Below are positions 28,444 through 38,168 of a DNA stretch of 64,000 nt, piece by piece (position 1 is the first letter of the stretch; every line of letters starts with the position of its first letter). The notes beneath the pieces are model-generated. The model had not been told where the DNA came from. It did no database searches and was given only the letters and a program-made list of their open reading frames with translations. Origin of the DNA: an uncultured Saprospiraceae bacterium (GTDB lineage Bacteria; Actinomycetota; Acidimicrobiia; Spongiisociales; UBA5794); contig CAXMQO010000041.1 in assembly GCA_964195515.1 (NCBI GenBank), positions 4,368 to 68,367 on the forward strand. The letters are read 5' to 3'. Made by a program: the position numbers and the translations under genes.

Positions 28444-29468
28444 TCGATCTCCGCTCGGACACTGTCACCCGCCCGACCGAGGCGATGAGAGCGGCGATGG
28501 CTTCGGCTCCCGTCGGGGACGACGTGCTCGGCGACGACCCAACCGTCATCCTCCTCGAGGAGCGAGTCGCCGAACTCCTAGGCAAGGAGGATGCCGTCTA
28601 CGTCCCATCCGGCACCATGGCGAACCAGATCGCTCTCCGGGTTCACACACGTTCCGGGGACCGGGTCGTGATGGACCGCGAGTCGCACATCCGGGTGCAC
28701 GAGAGCGGCGCTCCCGCCGCCCTTGCGGGCGTCACGATCGTTCCTCTCGAAGGCGACCGCGGCATCTTCACACCAGATCAGGTCATCGAGGCGGCTCCAG
28801 GACGGTCACCAGACTCTCCACCGGGACTCTTCGATCGGACGACGCTCGTCACGATGGAGAACACCCACAACGAAGCCGGAGGGACGATCTGGCCTCTCGA
28901 GGCCATGCGTTCGGTGAGTGAAGTCGCCAGAGATCTCGGACTCGCCGTTCACCTCGACGGGGCGCGACTGTGGAACGCGACGGCCGCGACCGGCGTCGAT
29001 CTCGACCAGTACGCCGCTGCGGCAGACACGGTGAACGTATGTTTCTCGAAGGGCCTCGGCGCCCCGATCGGGTCGGCGCTCGTCGGGCCACGCGATGTCA
29101 TCGATCGTGGCCGCTGGTTCAAGAAGATGTACGGCGGCGGGTTCCGACAGGCGGGGATCATCGCCGCCGGTGCCCTCTACGCCCTCGAGCACAACCGCGA
29201 TCGTCTCGTCGACGACCACACGAACGCCCGCCGATTCGCCGAGGCCGCCGCGGAACTCGGTGGTGTCACCGTCGACCTCGCGTCGGTCCAGACGAACATC
29301 GTCTTTTTCGACGTAGCGGATGCTCCCCTCTTCGCCGAGCGACTCCGCTCCGCCGGTGTCGACACGCTTGCGCTCGCTCCGACCCGAATTCGCGCGGTGT
29401 TCCACCTCGACGTATCAGATTCCGACACGACTCAGGCGATTGAGACCCTGCGAACCCTGGGCTCGTAG
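28428..29468 (+). CDS. ltaE: low-specificity L-threonine aldolase
   Basis: Part of ORF 28146..29468. The start is ATG 28428, or GTG 28440 overlapping the sixA stop (GTGA). Motifs: [20 protein letters not shown], and CFSKGLGAP (PLP lysine). Confidence 0.85.
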   Translation: MGSPVIDLRSDTVTRPTEAMRAAMASAPVGDDVLGDDPTVILLEERVAELLGKEDAVYVPSGTMANQIALRVHTRSGDRVVMDRESHIRVHESGAPAALAGVTIVPLEGDRGIFTPDQVIEAAPGRSPDSPPGLFDRTTLVTMENTHNEAGGTIWPLEAMRSVSEVARDLGLAVHLDGARLWNATAATGVDLDQYAAAADTVNVCFSKGLGAPIGSALVGPRDVIDRGRWFKKMYGGGFRQAGIIAAGALYALEHNRDRLVDDHTNARRFAEAAAELGGVTVDLASVQTNIVFFDVADAPLFAERLRSAGVDTLALAPTRIRAVFHLDVSDSDTTQAIETLRTLGS

Positions 29469-29553
29469 AGGCGTAGAGGTGTCATAGATGCGTAGAGGTG
29501 TCTCTTCCAGCCCACAGTTCGCCGACGCCTCGCTTCGGCGACCGTGGTAGGGG

Positions 29554-30009
29554 TCAAATGAGGGCGGCGGTGACGACCGCTGCGACGGAGATCACAGCGG
29601 CCAGAAGCACCATCACCACAACGAACGCGTTGGAGATGCCCCCATCGTCGAGTGGGTTCCGGATCGGTTTGACATTGGCGACGAGTTCGTCGAGATAGTC
29701 GTCATCATCCTTCACCAGGGGTCGGATCGGTTGGGCGCGGGACGAGACCGTCTCGGCAAACGGGACCGCAGCTGCGCCGGCGAACTCCGAGGGTGAATCA
29801 GGACGGAACAGAACGGACTCACCGCCGAGCGTCAGGTTGAACGACCCATTCTGCTCCGGGGTAATCAGGTAGTCGCTGCGATGCCAAGAACCCAACTGAT
29901 TGTCACCGGATGTCAGCGTCACGCGTTCCGGATCAAGGCACAATGTTGCAGCAAGCCCACCACCTGCGTCGCCCGGAAGCAGCACATCTCCGGTGAACGT
30001 CTTGGTCAT
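29554..30009 (-). CDS. hypothetical C-terminally anchored membrane protein
   Basis: Trimmed to ATG 30009 (GGAGGA upstream). 151 aa with a C-terminal TM segment FVVVMVLLAAVISVAAVVTAALI. It lies directly downstream of dnaE2. Confidence 0.45.
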   Translation of the reverse strand: MTKTFTGDVLLPGDAGGGLAATLCLDPERVTLTSGDNQLGSWHRSDYLITPEQNGSFNLTLGGESVLFRPDSPSEFAGAAAVPFAETVSSRAQPIRPLVKDDDDYLDELVANVKPIRNPLDDGGISNAFVVVMVLLAAVISVAAVVTAALI

Positions 30010-30071
30010 CGATCCTCCAAATCGGGGTACACGTTCTGCATCGGCACGCCACCCTTGCAAAGTGAAGCCGA

Positions 30072-33000
30072 TTATCGAAAATCCCGCGACCGGATACCGT
30101 CGACCGACCATAGGGCGAATCGGTGGGCAACGAAGTTCGTGACCCCGTCGACGTGTTCGACAACTCCGTCGATCACAACTCCAACGGCCTTTCGTGCAAC
30201 CTCGTAATGCGCCTCCCATACCTGTGGGAGAACGACCACGTTGAGCAGACCCGTCTCGTCTTCGAGATTCAGGAACCGAACACCACGAGCCGTCGACGGC
30301 CGCTGACGGTGGGTAACGATTCCGCCGACGCTAACTCGGGTGCCGTGACGGTGGTCCTCGAGGATCGTGACGATCGGGAGGCATCCCCGGCCGTTCAACA
30401 TGTCGCGTACGAGGGAGACGGGATGCGTCGTTGAGATGCCGGTCGACCAGAGGTCAGCCTGCACGCACTCGGCACCGTTCATCTCGGGGAGCGACGGAAC
30501 CTCGCCACCGGGTGGGAGCGAGAGTCGATCCGGGCCAAGCTCGATCAGCGTCCCCGCCGTCCATATCCCTTCCCGTCGACCAAGACCGACCGGCGCAAGC
30601 GCCCCGGATGCAGCGAGACTCTCGTAGGCGTCGAGGGGAAGACCGGTTCGCTGTGCGAGGTCCTCCGGGGTGGTGAATGCACCTCCCGTGATGCGGGCGG
30701 CTTCGATTCGTACGATCTCGGCCTCGCCCAGGCTCCTGACGTACCGAAGACCGATCCTCAGCGCGACCGCGGGACGGACGGGATCATCCACCGGCCCTCT
30801 CCCCCGCCGCCATGCACCATCGAGATATCGGGCGACGTCGTCGCGATCGGTCTCGATCGGTTCGATCGTGCAATCGAACACCGAAGCGTTCACGTCCGGA
30901 ACGAGGACGACGACGCCATGGTGCTGGGCATCTTGTACGAGGGAGTTCGGCGTGTAGAAACCCATCGGTTGAGCGTTGAGCAGACCGGTGAAGAACTCCG
31001 TCGGCCAGTGGTACTTCAACCATGCGGCCGCGTAGACGATGTAGGCGAACGAGACGGAGTGGCTCTCCGGGAACCCGAACGACGCGAACCCCTGGAGCTT
31101 CTCCCAGATCTCATCCGCAGGAGCGCCGGTGATGCCGTTTGAGGCCATGCCGGAGAACACTTCAACGTGGAGTCGATCCATCGCCTCCGATGCCCGCTTG
31201 TGTGTCATCGCTTGACGCAGTCGGTCGGACTGGCCGGGGGTGAAGCCGGCACAGACCCTCGCGAGTTCCATCAATTGCTCCTGGAAAATCGGGACACCGA
31301 GGGTCTTCTTCAGAATCGGTTCGGCCGACGGGTGCGGATAGCGGACGGCCTCTTCCCCGTTCCTACGTCGAAGGAACGGATGTACGGACTGCCCTTGGAT
31401 CGGCCCGGGCCGAATGAGCGCCACCTCGATCGCCAGGTCGTAGAAGGTCCTTGGCTTCAGCTTCGGGAGAGTCGCCATCTGTGCCCGGGACTCGATCTGG
31501 AAGATACCGACGGTGTCCGCCCGGGTCATCAGGTCGTAGACAACGGGTTCCTGTGGGACGGTGGCGAGGTCGATGTCAATGCCGTGTGTTGCTGCGATGA
31601 GATCGACGGTCAGGTGCATGCCGTTCAACGCACCGAGTGCGAGCAGATCGAACTTGACGATCCCCATCGTCGCGCAGTCCTCTTTGTCCCACTGAAGAAC
31701 GGAGCGATCCTCCATCCTCCCCCACTCCATCGGCACCGTCTCCCAGAGTGGTCGCCGGGCGACGACCATGCCGCCCGAGTGGATACCGAGGTGGCGCGGG
31801 AACCCGTCGAGGCGGCGGCACACGTCGACGATGAGATCACTGGTAAGCCCGTCCGGGAGATCGACGGCGTCACCGATCGCCCCGGGATCGCGGGTATCGA
31901 GATAGCGGGTGAGACCGTTGACCTGGGCCTGGGTGAGGGCGAACGCCTTGCCGACGTCCTGGAGCACCGATCGGGCACGATAGGTGATGACGTTGGCGAC
32001 CATCGCGGCCCGCTCCCGCCCGTACCGTCGGTAGCAGTACTGGATGACCTCCTCGCGACGCTCGGCTTCGAAGTCGATGTCGATGTCCGGTGGCCGACCG
32101 CGCTCGGAGGAGAGGAACCGTTCGAACGGGAGGTTCAGGCGAATCGGGTCGACGCGGGTCAGCCCAAGACACCGGCAGACCGCTGAGTCCGCTCCCGACC
32201 CGCGGATCTGGCAGTAGATGTCCCGTGACCGTGCGAACGTGACGATGTCCCACGCAACGAGGAAGAACCCTGCAAAACCGAGTTCGGAGATCACCGACAA
32301 TTCGTGATCCATCCTGCGGAGGGCGGCCGGATCCATCCCTCCCGCGTTACCGGGGTACACGGTGCGGGCACCCTCGTCGACGAGGTGCCTTAGGTACTCG
32401 TCTTCGGTCGTGAATGCACCCGGCATCGGGAAGTCGGGCAACTCTGGAGCGAGGAGATCAAGGTCGAAGGCCAGGGACGCCGCGAGATCTGCGGCCCGCT
32501 CGACCGCACCGGGATAGCGGAGGAAGATGGCCGACATCTCATCGGGGGACCGGAGGTGCCGGAGATCGGTCGCCGGCCGGAACCCATCGGCGGTCTCGAG
32601 ATCGCGTCGTCCTGCGATGGCGGCGAGGACCTCCGCGAGATCCGCGTCACTGCGATGGGCATAGTGGGCGTTGTTCGTCGCGACGTACGGGATCTGAAGC
32701 CTGCGGGCAACCTCGAAGAGGAGGTCGTTGCGGGCGTCATCGTCCGGCATGCCGTGGTGGGTGAGTTCGATGAAGAAACGACCGGGGAAGACCTCGCGCA
32801 GTCTCGCCGCGGCAGCCATCGCCCCCGCAAGGTCGCCGGCTTGTGCGGCACCGGGAACGGCCCCGTCGCGGCATCCGGTCAGCGCGATGAGACTCCCGTC
32901 GCGCGATGCGGCGGCAAGGTCGTCGTACGAGTAGACCGGCCGATCCTTCTCTCCGCGGAACTGGCCCCTCGTCACGAACCTGCTCAAGGCCGCGTACCCC

Positions 33001-33515
33001 GCCGGATCGGGAGCAAGGAGGACCAGATGATCCGATGGGGGAAGCCCAATCGGCTTGCTCCCATGCATCCGCTTCCTGGGCCGCCCCCCTGCGTCGTCGC
33101 TGCGCTCCTCCGCTTCCCCCCGTCCTTCGGCCGGTGGGACAGGATCAACGTCTGTTGCGTAGAGACCAGCACCGTCCCCCTGCGAAGCGGGGGGACGCGA
33201 GGGAGCGGAGCGACCGAGCAGGGGGGCTTCCTCTTTCGGAGGCGCCGAGTGCAGCGAGGCGGAGGTAGCCGGTAGCTGTCCCCCGTCCCCCGTCCCCCCT
33301 CTCGGCATCCCCACTTCGGTTCCGTAGACGATCGGGAGACCGATCTCGCGTGCGGCAACGTGGACTTTCGGCGCCCCTCGAAAGCCATCGTGATCGGTGA
33401 CGGCGAGGGCCGTGTAGCCGAGTTCGGCGGCGCGGGAGACGAGATCATCGGGGTGGGAAGCCCCGTCGAGGAAGCTGTAGTTCGTGTGTGCGTGGAGCTC
33501 CGCGTATCGTGTCAC
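30072..33515 (-). CDS. dnaE2: error-prone DNA polymerase III alpha-like subunit DnaE2 (ImuC)
   Basis: YAELHAHTNYSFLDGAS lies near the N-terminus and the C-terminus ends ...SRDFR, as I recall for DnaE2. A LexA box lies 14 nt upstream of GTG 33515. The ORF-track start at 33617 would put the box inside the gene. Confidence 0.8.
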   Translation of the reverse strand: MTRYAELHAHTNYSFLDGASHPDDLVSRAAELGYTALAVTDHDGFRGAPKVHVAAREIGLPIVYGTEVGMPRGGTGDGGQLPATSASLHSAPPKEEAPLLGRSAPSRPPASQGDGAGLYATDVDPVPPAEGRGEAEERSDDAGGRPRKRMHGSKPIGLPPSDHLVLLAPDPAGYAALSRFVTRGQFRGEKDRPVYSYDDLAAASRDGSLIALTGCRDGAVPGAAQAGDLAGAMAAAARLREVFPGRFFIELTHHGMPDDDARNDLLFEVARRLQIPYVATNNAHYAHRSDADLAEVLAAIAGRRDLETADGFRPATDLRHLRSPDEMSAIFLRYPGAVERAADLAASLAFDLDLLAPELPDFPMPGAFTTEDEYLRHLVDEGARTVYPGNAGGMDPAALRRMDHELSVISELGFAGFFLVAWDIVTFARSRDIYCQIRGSGADSAVCRCLGLTRVDPIRLNLPFERFLSSERGRPPDIDIDFEAERREEVIQYCYRRYGRERAAMVANVITYRARSVLQDVGKAFALTQAQVNGLTRYLDTRDPGAIGDAVDLPDGLTSDLIVDVCRRLDGFPRHLGIHSGGMVVARRPLWETVPMEWGRMEDRSVLQWDKEDCATMGIVKFDLLALGALNGMHLTVDLIAATHGIDIDLATVPQEPVVYDLMTRADTVGIFQIESRAQMATLPKLKPRTFYDLAIEVALIRPGPIQGQSVHPFLRRRNGEEAVRYPHPSAEPILKKTLGVPIFQEQLMELARVCAGFTPGQSDRLRQAMTHKRASEAMDRLHVEVFSGMASNGITGAPADEIWEKLQGFASFGFPESHSVSFAYIVYAAAWLKYHWPTEFFTGLLNAQPMGFYTPNSLVQDAQHHGVVVLVPDVNASVFDCTIEPIETDRDDVARYLDGAWRRGRGPVDDPVRPAVALRIGLRYVRSLGEAEIVRIEAARITGGAFTTPEDLAQRTGLPLDAYESLAASGALAPVGLGRREGIWTAGTLIELGPDRLSLPPGGEVPSLPEMNGAECVQADLWSTGISTTHPVSLVRDMLNGRGCLPIVTILEDHRHGTRVSVGGIVTHRQRPSTARGVRFLNLEDETGLLNVVVLPQVWEAHYEVARKAVGVVIDGVVEHVDGVTNFVAHRFALWSVDGIRSRDFR

Positions 33516-33528
33516 GGACTCATCGTAA

Positions 33529-33544
33529 TCGAACGTATGTTCGA
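33529..33544. promoter_or_regulatory. LexA (SOS) box, actinobacterial type
   Basis: TCGAACGTATGTTCGA matches TCGAAC-N4-GTTCGA exactly. It sits directly upstream of dnaE2. Confidence 0.75.
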
Positions 33545-33785
33545 TGTTCTCAGAGTCGCACAAACGCGCCAGAATCAGGGGGTGGATGACGAACTCACAC
33601 CAGACGAACTCGAACAAATCCGGCGCCGACGCCTCGTTCGGGCCGTGATCGTGGTCGCCGTCGTCCTGGCCATGGTCGCGACGCTCCTCTTCCCCGTGAT
33701 CGTCCGCATCGTCCAGGCACCTCGTGAACCCGACACCGTGATAGCTATGCGGGTGGAGGTCCCATGTCGTACAATGGATTCATGA
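33537..33785 (+). CDS. candidate small single-TM protein (82 aa) starting inside the SOS box
   Basis: The ATG is within the LexA box. TM segment LVRAVIVVAVVLAMVATLLFPVIVRIV has near-100% GC3. The stop TGA overlaps ATG 33782 of the ACT gene frame. GC3 is low in the first ~27 codons, so the start is uncertain. Confidence 0.35.
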   Translation: MFDVLRVAQTRQNQGVDDELTPDELEQIRRRRLVRAVIVVAVVLAMVATLLFPVIVRIVQAPREPDTVIAMRVEVPCRTMDS

Positions 33786-34159
33786 AAGAGTTCTCCGTCA
33801 CCCTCGCGAACCAGCCGGGTCAGTTGGCCACCCTCGCGCGTCGCCTCTCGGACGCCGGCGTCCACATCGAATCCCTCGCGGCGATCGGGTCGGATGGAGA
33901 GAGCCTCGTCCGGGTCATGACCGACAATTCGGATGCGACCCGAAGGGTCATGAGAGAAGCGGGACTCCATTTCGAAGAGCGTCCGGTACTCGACACCTTC
34001 CTCCCGGACGAACCGGGAGCGCTTGCCGAGGTGGCTCAGCGTCTGGCCGACGCGGGTGTGAATATCGACTCGATCTACCTCCTCCACTCGAACGCCGAAG
34101 GACTCCATTTCGCCGTAACCGTGGACGACCCCGAAGCGGCTCGCGCCAGCCTGCCCTAA
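33764..34159 (+). CDS. ACT-domain protein (two ACT-like repeats)
   Basis: 131 aa. The pattern (FSVTLANQPGQLATLARRLSDAGVHIESL and LPDEPGALAEVAQRLADAGVNIDSI) occurs twice. GGAGG lies 4 nt upstream of ATG 33764. Confidence 0.7.
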   Translation: MSYNGFMKEFSVTLANQPGQLATLARRLSDAGVHIESLAAIGSDGESLVRVMTDNSDATRRVMREAGLHFEERPVLDTFLPDEPGALAEVAQRLADAGVNIDSIYLLHSNAEGLHFAVTVDDPEAARASLP

Positions 34160-34238
34160 TTGCCCGCTCCGCTAGACCGTCGGAACCGGCGAGACGGATC
34201 CGACTTCGCTCAATCGACCGAGATGCGCAGTCGGCCGA

Positions 34239-35903
34239 CTACACCCCGCACTCGCTCTCGCCGCTCGAACTCTGTTCGGCGACGCCTCCTTCGAGGACCT
34301 GATCCACCTTCCACCTGATGCGACTCACGTTCGGAATCGGATACCCCCCCGGTGCTCGTCCGTCGTTATACGTCGGGGGCACAAGTCCGACGGTGGCGAT
34401 TCGGTCGAGGTCGATCCGTCCCACGATGTCGACGAGGTCGGGCAGCAGGATCAGGGGTATGTCCGTGATGACCGATCGCTCCACGACGTCGGCCAGGGTG
34501 TGGAAGGAGCGGATGAGGGTGAGCGGGTCGGCCTGGTCGGTTGCGGCTCGGATGAGACACCGCTGCCGCTGCATCCGTGCGTAGTCCGATGAGCCGATTC
34601 TCCACCGCGAATAGGCGAGTGCTTCGAGACCGTTCAGGCGATTCATGCCGGGCTCGACATCGACTCGGGCCTTGGGGGAATCCTCCGAAGGTGCGGAGAC
34701 TGCCACGTGGAACGGCTCCTTCACCATCAGGTCGACGCCGCCGATCGTATCGATGACGTCGACGAATCCGGCCATGTTGACCATGAAGTAGTAGTCGATC
34801 GGCAGGTCGATGAGATGTTCGATCGTGTCGCTAAGCGCGGCCAGCCCGGGGTCCGGCGTATCGGGGTAGCTGCGGGTCCAATCCTGCGTGTACTGGTGGA
34901 CGCGATTCAACATCTCGGGAAAGCACCCGCACGGGACGAACTCGGGTTCGTCCGGGATACCGTCACCGTCTTCGTCGACCCAGTCGTCCGGGAAACCATC
35001 TTCGTCCTCGTCGACCGCCTCTCTCTCGATGGCCTTCTTCTGGAGTTCAACGAACGAGTCCCGGAATCGATGCGGCAGCGGCACCCGCTTGAAGTTCCGT
35101 GGCAGACCGAAGAGGGCGGCTTCACCAGACGCGACGTCGACGGTCGCCACGATCATCGAGTCGGTCCGGAGGCCCTCTCGACCGGGCCCTTCGTCGGCTC
35201 CGACCAGCAGGATCGTGAGACGATCGGCGCCGATTCGCTCATCGAAGGGAAGGAACGGAGCGTCGAGGGTCGGTGGCGCGATGATGTCGGCCCAGGCAGC
35301 GATCGCATCGGGATCGCCGACGCCCTCACGGAACACCAGGTTGCGCGTTGACCGCTCAAACCCGAGCCCAACGGGACCATCCCGGATCGACGCAGGATCG
35401 GGGACCAGCGGCTCACGCTCCGGGGCTTGAACGGTGACCCTGGATGGAACCGACTCCACCTCAGCCACGAAGACTTCTTCGAGCAGGGAGATACCGCGAA
35501 CCGCGTAGGCGCCGGCGACGACCTGTGGGGCCGCGACCATCAGCAGCAACGCTGCGACGACTGCGGCGGCAAACCGTGGGCCGGTTCTCCGACCGCCGGT
35601 GACCAGATATCCATCGACAACCGCAGCGATTCGCCAGGCCAGGATCGCGAGATTGACGACGAGCGAGACACGGAGCAGAGAAGGTTGGACGGCCCATGTC
35701 AGAACGGAGCGGGGGCCGATCGCTCCCGTGAGTGCTCCGACAGCTAACAGTGTGAGCCATGCCGCGAGGGGGGCGGCGAAGGCGGCGCCACGCAGCCGAC
35801 GGCCCGCGTACCACTGCCCGGCGCCGGGGAGTAGGGCGGAGAAGACGGCGGCGAGAATCGGCGATCTCTCCCCGGCACTCCCCCGTGTGCGATGCCCCGT
35901 CAT
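34239..35903 (-). CDS. LytR-CpsA-Psr (LCP) family cell-envelope phosphotransferase
   Basis: Part of ORF 34239..36014, trimmed to ATG 35903. N-terminal TM helices are followed by the LCP core ILLVGADEG...RTDSMIVATVD...GLPRN. Confidence 0.8.
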   Translation of the reverse strand: MTGHRTRGSAGERSPILAAVFSALLPGAGQWYAGRRLRGAAFAAPLAAWLTLLAVGALTGAIGPRSVLTWAVQPSLLRVSLVVNLAILAWRIAAVVDGYLVTGGRRTGPRFAAAVVAALLLMVAAPQVVAGAYAVRGISLLEEVFVAEVESVPSRVTVQAPEREPLVPDPASIRDGPVGLGFERSTRNLVFREGVGDPDAIAAWADIIAPPTLDAPFLPFDERIGADRLTILLVGADEGPGREGLRTDSMIVATVDVASGEAALFGLPRNFKRVPLPHRFRDSFVELQKKAIEREAVDEDEDGFPDDWVDEDGDGIPDEPEFVPCGCFPEMLNRVHQYTQDWTRSYPDTPDPGLAALSDTIEHLIDLPIDYYFMVNMAGFVDVIDTIGGVDLMVKEPFHVAVSAPSEDSPKARVDVEPGMNRLNGLEALAYSRWRIGSSDYARMQRQRCLIRAATDQADPLTLIRSFHTLADVVERSVITDIPLILLPDLVDIVGRIDLDRIATVGLVPPTYNDGRAPGGYPIPNVSRIRWKVDQVLEGGVAEQSSSGESECGV

Positions 35904-35952
35904 ACCCGTACGGTACGCCGCCCATCGTCGATCGCGAACGACGTATCCGCGG

Positions 35953-36927
35953 TCACGCCATGTCGATCGCGCTGATGGCCCACGCCATGCCGTCCTGTGG
36001 GTCCTCGATGGCAAGATTCAATGCCCATCCCCCGACGGCGTCACCCGGATCCCACAGCACCCACCGCAGCTCGGCTGCTTCCTCGAGCTCCGACGGGTCG
36101 TCCGGCATCTCGTCGTAGCCGAGGAGGGTCGCGAGGACCCACCAGGCCAAGGACCGTCCGATCGGTGTGCCGCGCCGGCTGCCGTACGCCCCGCCACTCG
36201 ATCCGGTCCATGCCATCGCCGACAGGGCTTCGCCAAGTGTCACGTCGGCGAGTCGGGCCCGGTGTGGCCCCATCGTCCGTATAGCTGTGAGCGCGTCCCC
36301 TTCGACCTGGACCGCGTCGGCATGACCGCTGGACTCGTCCCACCATGGCCGGACAAGTGCGAGCAGCGCCTCCCCAGGTCCGTCGTCGTCGAGCGGCGTC
36401 CCGGCCTCAGGAAGATCAACCCATTCGAGCGGCACACGGTCGCCCTCGGGGAAGTCGACTCCGTCTTCTCGGTAGACGGCCACCGGATAGATCGGTTCCC
36501 ACGGCTGGAGCACCGGAGGGATCTCGACGATGTTCGAGTCGATCGAGCCTGGATCGACCCTGTCGCCCCGAATGGCCCGCTCGTGGCCGATCATCGCTCG
36601 GAGGGTGGGGAGCGAAACGAGGGGCTCCATCTCGCTCCAACTGTGACGCGACGCCGCCACCTCCCACAGCGGACCCGGTCCGTACCGACCCTTGCCGTCG
36701 CCTAGCACAGTCGCCGCTCGGTCGGCGGGAGCATCAAGGGCGAGCCGGTATTCGGCATACTCGGCGGGACCCCACACCTGTTTCCCTCTCTCGACGGCCT
36801 CGCGACATCGACTCCGCGTCTCCTCGACGCCATCCCAGTCACGTCTCGTGACCAAGCCGTCGACGAACCGAACAAGACCGTCGAGATCACTCGACTCGAT
36901 CAGCGCGACGAGAGCAACGGTGTTCAC
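35953..36927 (-). CDS. conserved hypothetical protein
   Basis: 324 aa, acidic, with coding-like composition. I cannot name a family. Confidence 0.55.
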   Translation of the reverse strand: MNTVALVALIESSDLDGLVRFVDGLVTRRDWDGVEETRSRCREAVERGKQVWGPAEYAEYRLALDAPADRAATVLGDGKGRYGPGPLWEVAASRHSWSEMEPLVSLPTLRAMIGHERAIRGDRVDPGSIDSNIVEIPPVLQPWEPIYPVAVYREDGVDFPEGDRVPLEWVDLPEAGTPLDDDGPGEALLALVRPWWDESSGHADAVQVEGDALTAIRTMGPHRARLADVTLGEALSAMAWTGSSGGAYGSRRGTPIGRSLAWWVLATLLGYDEMPDDPSELEEAAELRWVLWDPGDAVGGWALNLAIEDPQDGMAWAISAIDMA

Positions 36928-37034
36928 GACAAGGACGTTAGGCCATCAGGTGACGGCGACCGCAACCGACGAACCGACGGCTGATGCAGGCCGCGCTGCC
37001 CTAACCTCACGGTTCCTCCTTTGGAAAGGTCCTC

Positions 37035-38126
37035 GTGGGTATTCGCTGCGCCATCGTCGGTCTCCCGAACGTCGGCAAATCGACGCTGTTCAACGCGCTC
37101 ACGCGCGGTGAGATTCAGGCGGAGAACTACCCGTTTTGCACTATCGAACCGAACGTAGGCGTTGCGTTGGTACCCGACGTACGACTCGCGAGGATCGCAG
37201 GCATCGTCCGCCCGGAGGAGATCGTCCCGACGGTCATGGAATTCGTCGACATCGCCGGACTCGTCGAAGGTGCTTCCCAGGGCGAGGGCCTGGGCAACAA
37301 GTTCCTCCACCACATTCGCGAGACCGATGCGATCGCGCAGGTCGTGCGTTGCTTCGACGACCCCAACGTGGTGCACGTCGCAGGCAAGATCGACCCGGTA
37401 TCGGATCTCGAGACGATCGACACGGAACTCGCACTCGCCGACCTCGACGGAATCGATCGTGCGATCGAGAAGGCTGGGCGCAAGGCCAAGGCCGGCGAGA
37501 AGGATGCCGCGGCCAAGGTGGCGGTCTATGAGCGAATTCAGGCGCACCTCTCGGAGGGCCGACCGGTTCGATCGATGAATCTCTCTGACAGCGAGCGCCC
37601 AATTGTCCGCGACCTGTTCCTCCTGACGGCAAAACCGGCGATGTACATCGCGAACGTCTCCGAGGACGGTCTCGAAGGTAACCCCTACGTCGATGCAGTT
37701 CGCGAGTACGCCGCCCATGAAGGGGCCGACGTCGTCGTGATCTCCGGCAATCTCGAGGCAGAACTCGCGCTCCTCGAGGATGAGGATCGCAGTGAGATGC
37801 TCGCCGAGTACGGCCTCGAGGAACCCGGGCTCAGCAAGGTGATCCGGGCGGCATACCACCTGCTCGGTCTCCGAACGTTCTTCACCGCAGGCCCGAAGGA
37901 AGCGAGGGCATGGACGGTGAAACAAGGGGCAACCGCTCCCAAGGCGGCAGGTGAAATCCATACCGACTTCGAGAAGGGTTTCATCCGCGCCGAGGTGGTG
38001 TCGTGCAGCGATTTCGTCGAGTACGGCGGGGAACTCGGAGCAAAAGAGGTCGGGAAGTGGCGCCTCGAGGGTCGCGACTACGTTGTCCGGGAGGGTGACG
38101 TGATCTTCTTCCGCTTCAATGTATAG
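37035..38126 (+). CDS. ychF: redox-regulated ribosome-binding ATPase YchF
   Basis: 363 aa with [15 protein letters not shown] and the TGS-containing C-terminus (...[12 protein letters not shown]). Confidence 0.95.
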   Translation: MGIRCAIVGLPNVGKSTLFNALTRGEIQAENYPFCTIEPNVGVALVPDVRLARIAGIVRPEEIVPTVMEFVDIAGLVEGASQGEGLGNKFLHHIRETDAIAQVVRCFDDPNVVHVAGKIDPVSDLETIDTELALADLDGIDRAIEKAGRKAKAGEKDAAAKVAVYERIQAHLSEGRPVRSMNLSDSERPIVRDLFLLTAKPAMYIANVSEDGLEGNPYVDAVREYAAHEGADVVVISGNLEAELALLEDEDRSEMLAEYGLEEPGLSKVIRAAYHLLGLRTFFTAGPKEARAWTVKQGATAPKAAGEIHTDFEKGFIRAEVVSCSDFVEYGGELGAKEVGKWRLEGRDYVVREGDVIFFRFNV

Positions 38127-38168
38127 GTGCCTGGGAACCCCGGGCTCGCAGATGTGTAGAGGTGCCCT

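Noticed and set aside
33516-33617. ATG 33617 as the dnaE2 start, and calling the gene replicative dnaE1 on the basis of its 1181 aa length.
   Set aside because: That start places the LexA box inside the coding region. DnaE2 proteins typically begin a few residues before YAELH. The extra length comes from the internal low-complexity insertion. GC3 of the extension is fairly high (~0.74), so this remains a caveat.
36924-37961. Long antisense ORFs in the track. Examples are 36924..37961 (345 aa, opposite ychF), 56909..58576 (555 aa), 62118..63458 (446 aa, opposite infB), 19867..20910, 17056..18111, 31167..32186, 9835..10914, 5251..6177, 3581..4486 and 486..1214.
   Set aside because: They lie opposite genes with clear family signatures. 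They are Arg/Pro/Gly/Ser-rich with no motifs. They are the expected stop-poor shadow frames of a ~65% GC genome.
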